NCBI RefSeq assembly: GCF_006345805.1 | Contig: NC_043002.1 | Location: forward strand, 81,716,001 to 81,780,000 | Length of the DNA: 64,000 nt | Source: Octopus sinensis | Taxonomy: Eukaryota | Reading direction: 5' to 3' | Made by a program: the position numbers and the translations under genes | The notes under the pieces: model-generated | What the model was told of the DNA's origin: nothing | The model's input: the letters and a program-made list of their open reading frames with translations, nothing else | Databases searched by the model: none | Part shown: positions 51,631-64,000 of the stretch, piece after piece | Numbering within the stretch: the stretch's first letter is position 1 | How the letters are laid out: each line of letters opens with the position of its first letter

Positions 51631-52214
51631 AATAGATGCCCAAGATTGAATGTAAACAGCTTCAAAGGAATATGTCTGGCAATTGAGAAATCTTCACTAT
51701 CTTCTAGGTTTCACAGACAGTTATAGATGGTAACAATAGAGGAGTATAGCTGCGGCCTTATCTTGGTATAGACAGGAGGTCTTTGATCATAAGGTTAAAA
51801 ACAACAAAGAACATATTTACTGAGAGTAGGTGTTTCTTCCATGCCTTTAAATTTTTTTTTCTAATTAAGCTTGTTTGTGAATAAATGAAATCAAGGATAT
51901 TTTGAAGTTTTATGTCAGATGGAAGTGATAGAAGAGATAATAGTGCTGATGTCTACTGGCATATTTTATTAATAACTAAAGGTTTTATGATTTATTTACC
52001 TAAAAGTATTCCAAGGTTGTATTCTCATACATACATACACATTTGATATATGTGTTCATTTGTTTAACCTCCATTTTTTTCCATGCTTGGATGAGGTAGA
52101 TGAGTAGTTATTTGAAGAAGGATTTTATAGCTGGATACTCTTCCTGTCATTATAACCCTTACCTGTTTTACAAGTATAGGTATCTTTTTTTTCTTTTTTC
52201 CCCCACATTATTCC

Positions 52215-52530
52215 AGATTCAGTCGCACTGCGTGGCACCTTGGGCGGGTGTCTTCTACTATAGCCTTGGGCTGATCAAAGCCTTGTGAGTGGATCTGGTA
52301 GATGGAAACTGAAAGAAGCTTGTCATGTGTGTGTTTGTGTCTGCCATCACTTGACTGCCAGTTCCAGTGTGTTTATGTCCCTGTGACTTAGTTCGGCAAA
52401 AGTGACCAATAGAATAACTACTAGGCTTAAAAAGAATAAAGTCCTGGGGTCAAGTGCTTCGACTGAATCCCTTTAAGGTAGTGCTTCGGCATGGCTGCAG
52501 TCAAATGTCAGATACAAGCAAAAGAATTAA
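52215..52530 (+). mobile_element. SINE family A, CpG-decayed
   Basis: Co-linear with the consensus; many CG to TG/CA changes. Confidence 0.75.
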
Positions 52531-52934
52531 AGAACATACAGGTGTTATTTATATATATAATATGTACAGAGAACAGTGTGTGTGTGTGTGTGTCTATATA
52601 TATAACCCGTAAAAACGATGTAAGATGAAAGAAAGAAGAATACATAGATATGTGTGCATGTATTTACAGGACGCACATAACATAGAAAATGATTTGTATA
52701 TGCAATCTCTGTTTCACTACACTTTACAATGTTTACGCATAATGTATTATACATACATGTCAATGCGGAGATTGCACAGGACGACAATATACATGCAAAT
52801 ATATTGAATATCACACATGCTGTGAAGTAGCATATATAAATTAAATTACATGCAGATAAGCATGTACTTGTACTGCATATACACAAATGTGAGTAATTTA
52901 GTTCATCTTCATGCAAAGATATTACAGCAAGTGT

Positions 52935-52971
<37 letters not shown>

Positions 52972-53358
52972 ATATGTTACATTTCCCTTTTTTGTGTCGT
53001 CTGGCCCACTACTGGTTGAAGCCTGGTTACGCTGTGTGTGTTCGCTATGTCTACATGTATTCATGATGCACACATGCAAAATATCATGTTTTAGATCTTT
53101 AGATATCTGCATTTGTGTGTGTGAGTATGTGTGTCTGCATGCATGCTATGCATCCTACTCTTGCAAGCAAGCATTTACGATTTCTATATATATGAGTGAG
53201 TGAGTGAGTGTGTCTAATCATCGAGTGAGTGGGTGCACAAGTATACAATCTTAAATGTAGTTAGTCATCTTGACATGGACACCAGGATAATTGCGTGTCC
53301 ACACACATACACATTCTAAGACATACACAGCCACATACTGACTTGTATAGGCGTAGAC

Positions 53359-53409
<51 letters not shown>

Positions 53410-55204
53410 GACAGACAGAGGTACTTAGGTTCCCTTCCAGACTAGACTTAAGGTTTCCTCTCACCACCAACGCCACACTCCCATTGCACGCAGACGCGCA
53501 CACACACTCACATAAACACAATCGCACACACACACACACTTCTGGCTCTGCGATGTCTCCCGGTGCCTGTTTCCCTACTTGTCTTCCAACTTTATTCATC
53601 ATTTGTAACTTAACATCAGCTGTTTTTGTCACCTTTGTTGGAAGTATTGAGTTATATGGTTTTTCATGATTCCATTTCATCTGTTAACACTCTTCCTACA
53701 CACATTCCACTACTCAGGATGCAAACTTCACACGTACACAACACTCTATGTGTGTGTGTGTGTGTGTGTGTGTGCATCACCCTCCCCTCTCTCTCTCTCT
53801 CTCTGTCACTCCTTACCTTCCTCTCCTCTCTTACCTTCAATTTGCTCTTACTCCCTCCCTCTCTCTCTCTCTTTCTCTCTGGTTCACTTTTTTTTTTCTT
53901 CTTTCCTTCTCAACCAACCTTCTTTACTTTATTTCTTTTTAATGTATGGATGTCATCTAGTCTTGTTACCTTTCTCATCTATGTCTGAAGTAAGAAATCA
54001 TTATGTATTCACACGATTTCACACACAAATGCACATACACACTGTGCACACAAACACACACACACACACACACATATACATGCCTACATGTGTACGCACG
54101 CACACACACAAACACACACACACACATATTGTATATGTGATGCCACGGTGCGCCTGTTTTATTGGTTTTTGTATTGTGTAATTGTGTGTGCGTGTGTTCA
54201 ACATTTATAATGAAATGAGAAGGAAAGGCCATGTATTTCAAATGGTTCATATTTATACACAAAATGAGAGAAAGAAGGCAAAATTGAATGTGGAATTGTG
54301 GGTGGAGTAATCGGGGCATTGTAATAAACTATTCTGACATTTGACACTTTTTTTTTTAAATTGTGCCCGCCCCCCCATCTCCATTTTGTTTTTGTTTTTT
54401 TTATTGATTTCGTATGCACTGTCTTTCTTGTCACTGGAAACTGAATATTTTGGGCTGGCTTGCGTCACACATGTTACTCATAATTCCTCTTAGTTCTCCT
54501 CCCCCATCACCACCACCTTCCTCTAGAAGTCTTTAACTGTAGTTTGGGCTTTTGTATGGTGGAACGGGGGGGGGGGAGAGAAAGGGTTGCATGAGTTTTA
54601 TTTTATTTTATTTTATTTCATTTTATTTGTGTCAGAATATGTAGTAAAACATTGCAAGTGAAAGGTGTCATCCTCCTCACCCTATTGTTTGCTGCGGATA
54701 GGTGGAGTGTCAGTCCAAATGCTTCGTGTTTTTTTTGTTTTTTTTTGTGTGTGTGTGTGTGTGACGCCCCCTTTATGCTTTACGTTAGCAGTTCTCAAAC
54801 GTTGTGCACTGGTGCACCATAAGGGTGGGGTTGGGGAGTAGGGTAGGGTCCTAAAGGTAGGTTTTTGTCTATTTAAAAAAAAAAAATTTAATTTCAATAC
54901 AAAGTACATCAGTAACTCCCCCCCCCCTGTTTGTTTGATCTCCAAATGATCCACAAAGCCAAAAATACATTTGAGAACTACTTGCTCTCCAATTGTTTCT
55001 AAGTTCAAATTCTGGCATAACCAAACATTACCTTTCATCCTTTAAGGGTTTGATATGGATAGATAATAAAAAAAAAAAAATCAATAAAACAACAAACGAA
55101 CAAAAAAGTGCTTGTCGAGTTCTGGGTGACTTTATGTCATTGACTGTTCCTATCTTCTGAAATTTGTGGCTTTGTGTCTTCATTGCTCTTCTGTTCCCTT
55201 TTGA

Positions 55205-55400
55205 TTTCAAATTTTGACACTAGGCCAGCAATTCTGAAGGAGGGGGTTAATTGGATTACATTGACCCCAGTGCTCAGCTGGTACTTATTTTATCAACTCT
55301 GAAAGGTAAAGTCGACCCTGGTGACATTTGAACTCAGAGCATGAGACTGATGAAATGCCGCTAAGCATTTTGCCTAGCATGCTAACAATTCTGCCATCTT
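55205..55400 (-). mobile_element. SINE family B (tail B2)
   Basis: Reverse-complement B body. Confidence 0.7.
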
Positions 55401-57250
55401 GTTGTCTTCTCTCTGATAAACACTAACAATAAATTTTTCTTCCCCCTCCTTGTTTTGTTGTTGTTGTTATATGGGAACAATATTGATTTTCTAGAATGCT
55501 TGGTTCTTACTGGTTTTCCCAAACCAGGAGTGGTCACCTTTGTCAACAGACTCTAAAGCAAACAAATATTAAGTGTACCTTACCTGTACACTAGAATAAA
55601 TGATACAAGTTTAATATTGTACTATATCAGGTACCAATAAATAAGAATTTGAAGTTCCTGCCTGTAAATTAGTGCAGATATGAGGTTTGGGACCATTAGT
55701 CCAGAAAGTCAGTTTTGTACCTGTACAAGACATCACCAGAATCTCTTGTGCTTGTCTATGATTCAACATTCTGAACCTGGGCTCCTACCCGCTCTGAAAG
55801 TCTGAGATCAATATTTATTAGCTTTCATTTAAGTTTTCCCAGTTATGTTATGATCTATTTATTTAGCTAGTTAAGCATCATCAATTAATGGTGTGAAGCT
55901 GAAGTAGTAACTTATTGTCTAAGGAGCCTAGAGGCTGTTTTCATATCTATAGTTTAAAAAAAAAATTTTTTTTAATTACTCAGAGGTCATCAGCCTCCAG
56001 GAAACCTTTCAAATATCACAAGTGAAGTTTAGTTCATGAATGAATTAAGTAAGACCATCAGCAGCATCAACCTCTAAAGTGGTCTCTCAATATGCTTAAA
56101 ATAGCAACCAAATATCCCTCAAATCACACCATACTGTCTGGCTAATGTTATCCTGGATACATTGTCTCCTAAAAGTAGATGGAATTGGTTATTGATAAAA
56201 TGTCTTTGTTTGATCATAGATGTGTATTCAATCAGAGTTGACCCGAGGCTAATCAGCAACAAATTTCATTTGATTTTAGCTGACTCTATCTAAAGTCCTG
56301 TTTATGGATAGATGTATGCATCTCAGCCAGTAAATGTTTACACCATTTATTATATGTGTGAATATAAATATTTTTATATATTTATATCATTGGTTAGGGG
56401 GTTATACAAGCGTTTTATTTTTTTAATGTTGCTTCTGCTCCAAATTGCTCCTATATGGTTTACATTAAACTTAGTTGAATTTTTAAGTGCCTGGCTTTTC
56501 TTAGGAAGTTTACTAACAGACTATGGTAAACTCCATTAATTGATAAAGCTAGATAAGTAGATAGATACATAGATAAATGTATATCTAATCCACTTAACAT
56601 TTTAAATTGACTTATTGCTTCTTCAAAAGGTTAAATATTTAAAACTCTGTAGCTTACTGTAAAATGTTTACCCCAAAGCGTTCTTAATATTTTTCTTTTG
56701 CTTCTCTCTTTTTTTTTTTGATTTTTAACATTCATTTTTCCATGTTGACTTGGATGGAGTAGTTTCGTTGTTGTTTTGCTGTTACCCGTTTTTACGGCTG
56801 GATGCCCTTTCTACTACAAACAAACCACCATCAACCATTATTACCGCCACCACCACCACCTGGTCTTTGGGTGTCTTTGGTGGAATTCACTATGTTGCAA
56901 ACACCCGCTCACATTTTATCTGCAAAGCATTCATGTCGACATGCAGATGTTCAGGGCCCCATGTCAAAACTCAGTTTAGCAATTTGACAGGGCCTGCTAG
57001 GGGCATAGGGGCATAGACACGCCTCCTGATTAACATATAAATAAAAGCAATCAACCATGAGTCAGCCCTTTATTCTTATATTTATTTGCTTCTGTTTTTT
57101 TTTCTCAACCTTTTGTCTGTCAGTATAGTTATGTGCCTTGTCCAATGACACAACACAATCACCCATTGTCAGGTTTGATCCCCTGACCAAGTGCTTAAGT
57201 AGTCTATTGTCTTCACAAGCCATGAATGAGTTCCCTATACACATTAACTC

Positions 57251-57282
<32 letters not shown>

Positions 57283-57329
57283 CATATATAAATATATATA
57301 TAAAGATATATATATATATATATATATAT

Positions 57330-57512
57330 GAAGTTAATCCAAACAAGAAAGCACAAAAAAACACAACAACGCGAGGACGTGGAACAAATATAGTATTATT
57401 GGACACTCAGGAAAGAAGGGAAGAAGGAGGGTTAAACGTTTCGAGCGGAGCTCTTCGTCGGAAACATACAAGGGAAGACAGGGAAAAAAAAAATTCGCCA
57501 ACGGTACACACG
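57330..57512 (-). mobile_element. Penelope-like terminal repeat with minimal hammerhead-like motif (57431-57468)
   Basis: The minus strand reads GTTT CCGACGA A GAGC TCC GCTC GAAACGTT TAAC. Confidence 0.55.
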
Positions 57513-57525
57513 AGATATATATATA

Positions 57526-57566
<41 letters not shown>

Positions 57567-58750
57567 TATATATTATATATATATACACATACATACATAC
57601 ATATATATCTGTGTGTGTGTGTGTGTGCTTCTCTGATGTGTAATCGTCTCGTGTGTTATGTAATTGTGTGCTTGAGACAGAAGCTGACATGGAATTCTTC
57701 CTTTATGTAGAAAGCATTTTTAATTTTCTCGTGTGTGTGTAATTATTTATATTTAGTAATTTACCACGGTCTTTATGCCATAGGCTATATTCCAACCACC
57801 ATATCTAAACCATTTTCTTTACCACCACCACCATCATTAGCTTGTTCACCAGGCTAATCCACAAATTATCAACAGTAACAATGTAATTTCTATGCACCAA
57901 GAGGATTAATAAATCGGAGGGTAGCAGCAGATAGTTTTAACTTTCTATTTGTTGATGCGTATGTAAGCTTCTGTTTCCGAGGTGTGTGTGTGTTTGTTTA
58001 TCATGTTTAAGCGGCGGCAAATCAAACGCAGCTTTTTGTGTGTTTATTTATTTATCTATTTATTTAGTTGTTTTATTTATTTATTTATTATTCATAAACA
58101 ACTTGATTTGTCATCAGAGACAACAGCAAGTCATCCACTTTCTACCGTTTCCTTCATATTTTCATATAGGATTTTTTTCTTTCTTTTTTTTTTGCTTTTC
58201 CATTTTTGTTGCCAGTTATTTTCTTAGAAGACATGCCTGCCCCTCCCCCATCCCCATTGCTTCCAAGCTTCATTGGTTTGTCTTTCAGATTCTTGTTGAG
58301 AAGTATCTTCACTACATATTTATTTTTCCATCCATCTCTCTATTTTCTGTTCTCTCTCTCTCTCTCTGTCTACCTATCTTATTAAATTCTCTCAGACTTT
58401 AGGCAGTCTAAATATATTTGATTTCTGATAAGTGTTATGTAGCTAAAAAAAACAAAAAAACAATTTTAATAATAAAAAAAATATACAAAAAACCATGTAT
58501 AATAGCTTCCCATTATATTGATTGTGAAACTTCCAACTTGCCGCTCCTGTAAGCTTTCCTTCTTGAATACCTTAAAATATTCTTGTCATTATATTTTACA
58601 ACAACTTTTTGTGTTTTTCTCTCGCTGTTTTTATTTTTTTCTGTCAAAGTGCTTTATAATTCGTTTTTATATTTGTTATTACGATTCTTGTTCTATATAT
58701 TTGATGAAGTGTGCAGTGGACACCTGCAAACAGTGAAAAATCACTTTTAA

Positions 58751-59036
58751 CCCTTCCAGACATATCCGGTACAAATATTCTTACCTGTTTTATGTTCAAA
58801 CTGGCCAGATCTGGACTCTCAGACTCACTAACCTACAATGCCATTCTAAAAACAAAAGGCGCAGGAGTGGCTGTGTGGTAAGTAGCTTGCTTACCAACCA
58901 CATGGTTCCGGGTTCAGTCCCACTGCGTGGCATCTTGGGCAAGTGTGTTCTACTATAGCCTCGGGCCGACCAAAGCCTTGTGAGTGGATTTGGTACACGG
59001 AAACTGAAAAAAGCCCATCGTATATATGTATATATA

Positions 59037-59105
<69 letters not shown>

Positions 59106-59424
59106 ATGTTTGTGTGTCTGTGTTTGTCCCCACCAACATCGCTTAACAACCGATGCTGGTGTGTTTCTGTCGCCATCACTTAGCGGTTCGGCAAAAGAGA
59201 GCGATAGAATAAGTACTGGGCTTACAAAGAATAAGTCCCGGGGTTGATTTGCTCGACTAAAGGCGGTGCTCCAGCATGGCCGCAGTCAAATGACTGAAAC
59301 AAGTAAAAGAGTAAAAGAGTCACATCATCAAAATCTCAAAGCTATAAGATAATACATGATTAATTAAAAGCAAGGTGAATAAAGTGAGCATTGCATTTGA
59401 CAGAGTAATCCAAATGATAAAGGG
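58751..59424. mobile_element. piggyBac-like MITE interrupted by SINE A
   Basis: TTAA|CCCTT ... AAGGG|CTAA. With the SINE removed, its halves align to 24907-25131. Confidence 0.75.
58857..59320 (+). mobile_element. SINE family A, youngest-looking full-length copy
   Basis: CpGs retained, long internal (TA)n and (GTAAAAGA)2 tail. Confidence 0.9.
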
Positions 59425-59439
59425 CTAAAGACAGGTGCT

Positions 59440-60025
59440 ACTAAGATCTGGACTGAGAAATATATCTTTACTGCCCCTGCAACTTGTGCCTCTCCCACTT
59501 CTCGATCACTATCGTCCTCCTTCCAACCTTCCCCGTTTTAGCAGTCTGCACTCCGCTCTTCTCCCTCGTTCACCATTCCATATAATCTTAGAACCCACTC
59601 ACTCTCTGTCTTCTACACAGCTTTTGCCTTCTGAACGCCATATCACCATTTTCTATGTCTTTAGTCTCCTACTGCTCATCCCCCCCCCTTTTTTTTAGCA
59701 GCCTTGCAGACCCATCTGCAGGAACCTGCTCTGTCCATCTCTCTCTTGTAGCAATCCCCTAATCTGCTAACATAAAGATGACCTACCAACATACCTCAGG
59801 GCTTGTGGTCTTGTGGGTTACATAGTGACCTCAATAATGTGAGTGGCATGAAAATAGCACCCCAGTCTATTCTGTAAAGTGATTGCCGTTAGGAAGGGCA
59901 TCCAGGCCTTGAGACCATGTCAAAGCATATGTTAGAGCTTGACAGTCCTTGGATACATCAAACTATCCAACCCATGCGTGCATGGAACATGGGCGTTAAA
60001 TGATGATGATGATAATGATGATCTT
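59440..60025 (+). mobile_element. RTE LINE 3' region (pyrimidine-rich plus family C tail)
   Basis: Resembles about 20560-21400 and ends GGCGTTAAATGATGATGAT. Confidence 0.6.
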
Positions 60026-60379
60026 AACATTCATCTTGTTGCTTGGGCACAGAGATATAATCATGCAATATGTTTGCATGTGTCATATTTAAATGGAATC
60101 TAAAATAATAATATGGGGAAAAATAAATGTCATGCTAGGGTGATTTAGTCAATTGCTTACTTGTCTTTTGACAGTTGAAGCTTTGCGTTGCATTTATACC
60201 TTGCCCAAGATGTTAAGCAAGCCACTGATTGTGGACAAAAGATGCATAGTTAAAAAGTTCAATTCCTAACTATTTGGTTCTTGGTTAAACTCCACCCTCT
60301 TGGCACCCCTGTGGGAGTGTATTCTATAAAAGACCTCATTATAGACCAATAATATATGAATGGAATTTGGCAAATTAAA

Positions 60380-60417
<38 letters not shown>

Positions 60418-60620
60418 TTTTGGTGAATGATATAAAGCAGGAAGGAGTGAGATACCAAAAAGCGAGTGACACATTACTTTCTCTGATGCAAAATGCAGTG
60501 AACCAGTGCTCAGCTCATGGGGAACTTTGTAGCCATGATGCTGCACTTATTCATAAATTGCATTACAAAATGAAAATATGTAAATAAATAATTAGCTAGC
60601 TACTCTTTTATTGTATCTAG

Positions 60621-60839
60621 TCAATCAGTAGGGGCACTGGCCATGAAGTCTATTGCGGCCTTGCGTTTGGTAGTTGGTGAATGGGGCAAGTTTGATGTCA
60701 CTGCCTTCATTTGCATCTCATGCTGTGATATGGGGGTCACTGCCATGAGGTCTGTTGCAGCCTTGTACTTGGTATTTCTTGAACGAAGGAAGGAGTTTCG
60801 TGTTGCTGTCCACCCCCTCTCCCTTTCTGACTCCTGCTT
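60621..60839 (-). CDS. Candidate terminal coding exon, unknown product with an internal 34-aa repeat
   Basis: Acceptor CCTTATATCAG, 72 open codons, TGA, then AATAAA at 60607-60612. In-frame repeat TKYKAATDLMAVTP / TKRKAAIDFMASAP. No homology recognised. Confidence 0.22.
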   Translation of the reverse strand, partial: KQESERERGWTATRNSFLRSRNTKYKAATDLMAVTPISQHEMQMKAVTSNLPHSPTTKRKAAIDFMASAPTD

Positions 60840-61119
60840 CTGATATAAGGTCATTTGGTATATTATTATATGCTGTCAGATGTCCAAGTACTCTCTGAAA
60901 GTGTTGACATTTACTCCAGGAATATTTCTTATGCTTTGAAGCGAAACCATTGATTAGCGAGCTGTGAGTGGTTAGTTCCTTGTGAATTCAGAATTCTACA
61001 AAATGGTAGATTTCATTCAGTGGAAAGTCAGGCTTTTTCGTTGATACAAAACTAAGCTCTCAAGATATACAGCTAACTTGGAAAAAATTACAATATTGTC
61101 TTATTTTATCTTTTATATA

Positions 61120-61470
61120 TTTACTTATTTCTGTCATTTGACTACGTCCATGCTGGGGCACTACCTTGAATTTTAATTCAGATGAATTGACCCCTGTACT
61201 TGTGTATTTTGGTAAGTCTGGTACTTGTCTCATTGGTCTCTTTTGTCAAACCACTAGGTTATAGGGACGCAAGCACATCAACACCAGCTTTGGGGTCAGT
61301 CAAAAGTACACACACACACACACACGACAGACTTTCAGTTTCCACCTCCCAAATCCACTCACAATTGGTCAGCCTGAGGCTGTTGAAGACACTTGCCAAA
61401 GGTGCCACACAGTGGGACTGATCCTGGAACCACGTGGTTGTGAAGTAAGCTTCTTTAGCACACAACCATG
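61120..61470 (-). mobile_element. SINE family A, diverged
   Basis: Reverse-complement motifs (CACTTGCCAAAGGTGCC, GGAACCACGTGG). Confidence 0.7.
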
Positions 61471-61560
61471 CCTTTTTAGTAATAAAAAAAGCTATGGGTT
61501 TGCTGTTTTATTTCAGTTACTTCATAAGTGAAATAATATCAATGAGATCATCAAAACCCA

Positions 61561-61614
<54 letters not shown>

Positions 61615-62899
61615 CTATAGTTATAAGCTAAATTAGTACTCAATAATACTTGTAGTAGTATTATTTCTCCATTCATTTCATTTCCCTGTAAAAGAAATTT
61701 CGTCATCTCCATATTTTCCTCTCCTTCTTCATAGTGCTTTGTGGGAGGGAAGAAGAAAGAGGGGAAAAAAAAAAAAAAGGATTTCCCATATAAATTGCTT
61801 TTAATAGTTGTTCCTTCTTTCATTTCCATTATATTTCTGCCTTTCAATTCATCATTTTAAAATGTTAGCATTATTATTGTTATTAGTAGTACTACTACTA
61901 CTACTACTGTTTTTGTTATTACTGTTATTATTATTATCATCATCATCATCATCGTTATTATTTTAAACCGTTTGAGTGTGTGTGTGAGATCATTTACATT
62001 AATTATTCTTCACATTCTGATGGTTAACGACGTTCTTTGGAAATATTTTAGATCTACATGTAGTTATCACTTGGGGTCTTTTGATGTTGCATTCCTTTCT
62101 AGCTTCCTTCTCCCCCCACCTCCACCTCTACTTCTCTCTTTCCTTCCTTCCTTCCCTCCTTCCTATCTTTCCTTTTCTGATGGAACACACCTCCCTCTTC
62201 TCTTCGACTACAACCACCACCACCACCACTGCTACAATCATCATATTCTGCTTTGCTCTTTCTGAAGATCAGTGATGTCATTCTTGTCGTTTTTAAGTTC
62301 AAATATATTCAACATTCAGTCTCTCGTATGATGAATAAGTTCATTATTATTAAAACAATTGTAATGTTAATTACCTTTTAATGCTAATTATGAAAATTAT
62401 AAATAAACTAGATGCATAAATAACTTTATAATTGCTTGGTTGCTGATATCTTTTATATTAATACTAAATTTAATAAATCTTCTTTGTCGTCATGTGGTGT
62501 ACGATATAAAATGAAAAGACCCAGTGAAGAAGACCCCCGATGTGGTTGCTCAACATGCTAGACATAGCAACCAAATCCTTTTCATATGATGAAGGATTCG
62601 TTGGAGATAATTTGCTCTGTGATGCATGCCCTGATGAAAAAAAAGAGTAAAAGTAAAAATAAGAGTGTCAATGTGATCACTCAACCTGCTAGATACAGCA
62701 GCCAAACCTTCCACATCAGGGGGAAGGATACATTGGAGATTGTTCATTCTGAGATGCACACTGTTAAATCAGTACTGACTTAGCAATCAACTGGCACTTA
62801 TTTTATCAACTCTGAAAGGATGAAAGACTAAGTTGACTTCAGCAGCATTTGAACTCAGGATGTAAAGACTTGCTAATGATTCTGCTAGCTCGCTGCCTT

Positions 62900-63145
62900 A
62901 ATAATAATAATAATAATAATAATAATACAAACAACCTTTTCTACTATAGGCACAAGGCCTGAAAATTTTGGCGGGAGGGGACTAATCCATTACAACTACC
63001 CCAGTGCGTAACTGGTACTTATTTCATAAACTTTGGAAAGATGAAAGGTAAAGTCAGTGTTGGTGGAATTTGAACTGAGATTGTAAGGATGGTCAAAAAT
63101 GACGCTAGGCATTTTGTCCAGTGTGCTGAGGATTCTTCTAGCAGT
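62900..63145 (-). mobile_element. SINE family B (tail B2) with (TTA)n tail
   Basis: The minus strand reads CCAAAATTTTCAGGCCTTGTGCCTATAGTAGAAA, then (TTA)n. Confidence 0.75.
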
Positions 63146-63702
63146 GGCTTTGAATAATAATAATAATAATAATGATAATGATGTTAATGATAACAACAAC
63201 ACAATTGAATTTGGGACAGAAGTCCTAGCCTTGAGTGTTCACTTTGTTGTTGGGTCACCTATAAACTACTAAGGCTGATTGAGGTAGCCATGTTAGTGGT
63301 TGAGTATTCCACAGACATCTGTACTCTTACTGTAGTTCTGAGCCCCCCCCCCCCCGGTGTGACAATAGTAGTAGCAGCAGCAGCGTATTGTATTAGTAGT
63401 TGGGGTGGGTGGGTGCCTGACTTGCCTTGTAGTGGTAAGGTGTTTTCCTTTCAGTTTTGAGATCAAATGTCAGCCATTGGAGTGGACTTTTGGCCTTTCA
63501 TCCTATGTGGGGTGAGCGTTTGAGGTCGATGAAATAGACATCAGTCATGATTCAATCACCTCTGTACCATGTCTCCTATGAATTTGTGGCCTTATTCCAA
63601 AACTTATGAGTCATTATCATAGCACAAAAGTTTTACATGAAATCAGTTAATTGTTTACCATTCACAGGTCTCTTGTCAGTCATTTGTGTGTGTGTGTATG
63701 TA

Positions 63703-63748
<46 letters not shown>

Positions 63749-64000
63749 TGTTAAGTTATCGATACAGGCTGTTGGGAATAAAATTACTTAGATATGACCC
63801 TGTTAAACAATAACAATGTTTGTGTGTGTTTGAGTACACACAGTTATAATAATACTAAAGTCAGCGCATTTGTGTTGCTATTTGGCATTATCCCCATTGA
63901 GTCATATTAGACTTACCCTTCATAACATAACAAGAGGTCTCTAATTTTTGAAGAAGAATGTATTGCAACAGTTATCTGTCTCCTGAAGACTAAGTATAAC

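Noticed and set aside
55580-55595. Minus-strand donor CAG|GTAAGG with a 7-nt micro-exon
   Set aside because: An isolated motif with no supporting reading frame; expected by chance in 64 kb.
61540-62010. bantam-like TGAGATCAT seeds at about 61543 and 61985
   Set aside because: Only the seed matches; the rest of the mature sequence and a hairpin are absent.
62099-62302. Minus-strand ORF MTSLIFRKSKAEYDDCSSGGGGG... as an upstream exon of the 60.6-kb candidate
   Set aside because: It is low-complexity (GGA/GAA-rich), and the only in-frame donor (GAA|GTAGAG) is poor.

Overview
AT-rich, microsatellite-dense animal genomic DNA. The repeat families (two abundant tRNA-headed SINE-like families, RTE-LINE tails ending in (GAT)n, a MetaSINE, many MITEs) match those I associate with coleoid cephalopods (Octopus); the species is my inference and not database-checked. 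I cannot support any intact protein-coding gene, rRNA, tRNA, CRISPR array or known miRNA. Most ORF-track entries are artefacts of (TA)n/(CA)n repeats or SINEs. The only recognisable coding sequences are decayed transposon relics: Tigger/pogo, Penelope-like RT, two RTE, CR1, maT DD37D and mariner DD34D. Several non-autonomous DNA elements have visible TIRs/TSDs (two hAT, Merlin-like, two piggyBac-like, an 80-bp Tc1-like MITE, a Helitron, a 450-bp foldback). A 100-N gap lies at 9866-9965, and two tandem duplications may be assembly artefacts. The most interesting signal is a set of hammerhead-ribozyme-like folds inside repeats, two types with non-canonical cores: a G3/C8-swapped core at 7259-7309 (minus) and a CCGACGA core in two copies of a Penelope-like end. 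Also notable are a circularly permuted SINE concatemer, modular SINEs that swap tails, a CpG mosaic suggesting methylated versus unmethylated domains, and a few weak isolated exon candidates, mostly on the minus strand. None of these was tested computationally.
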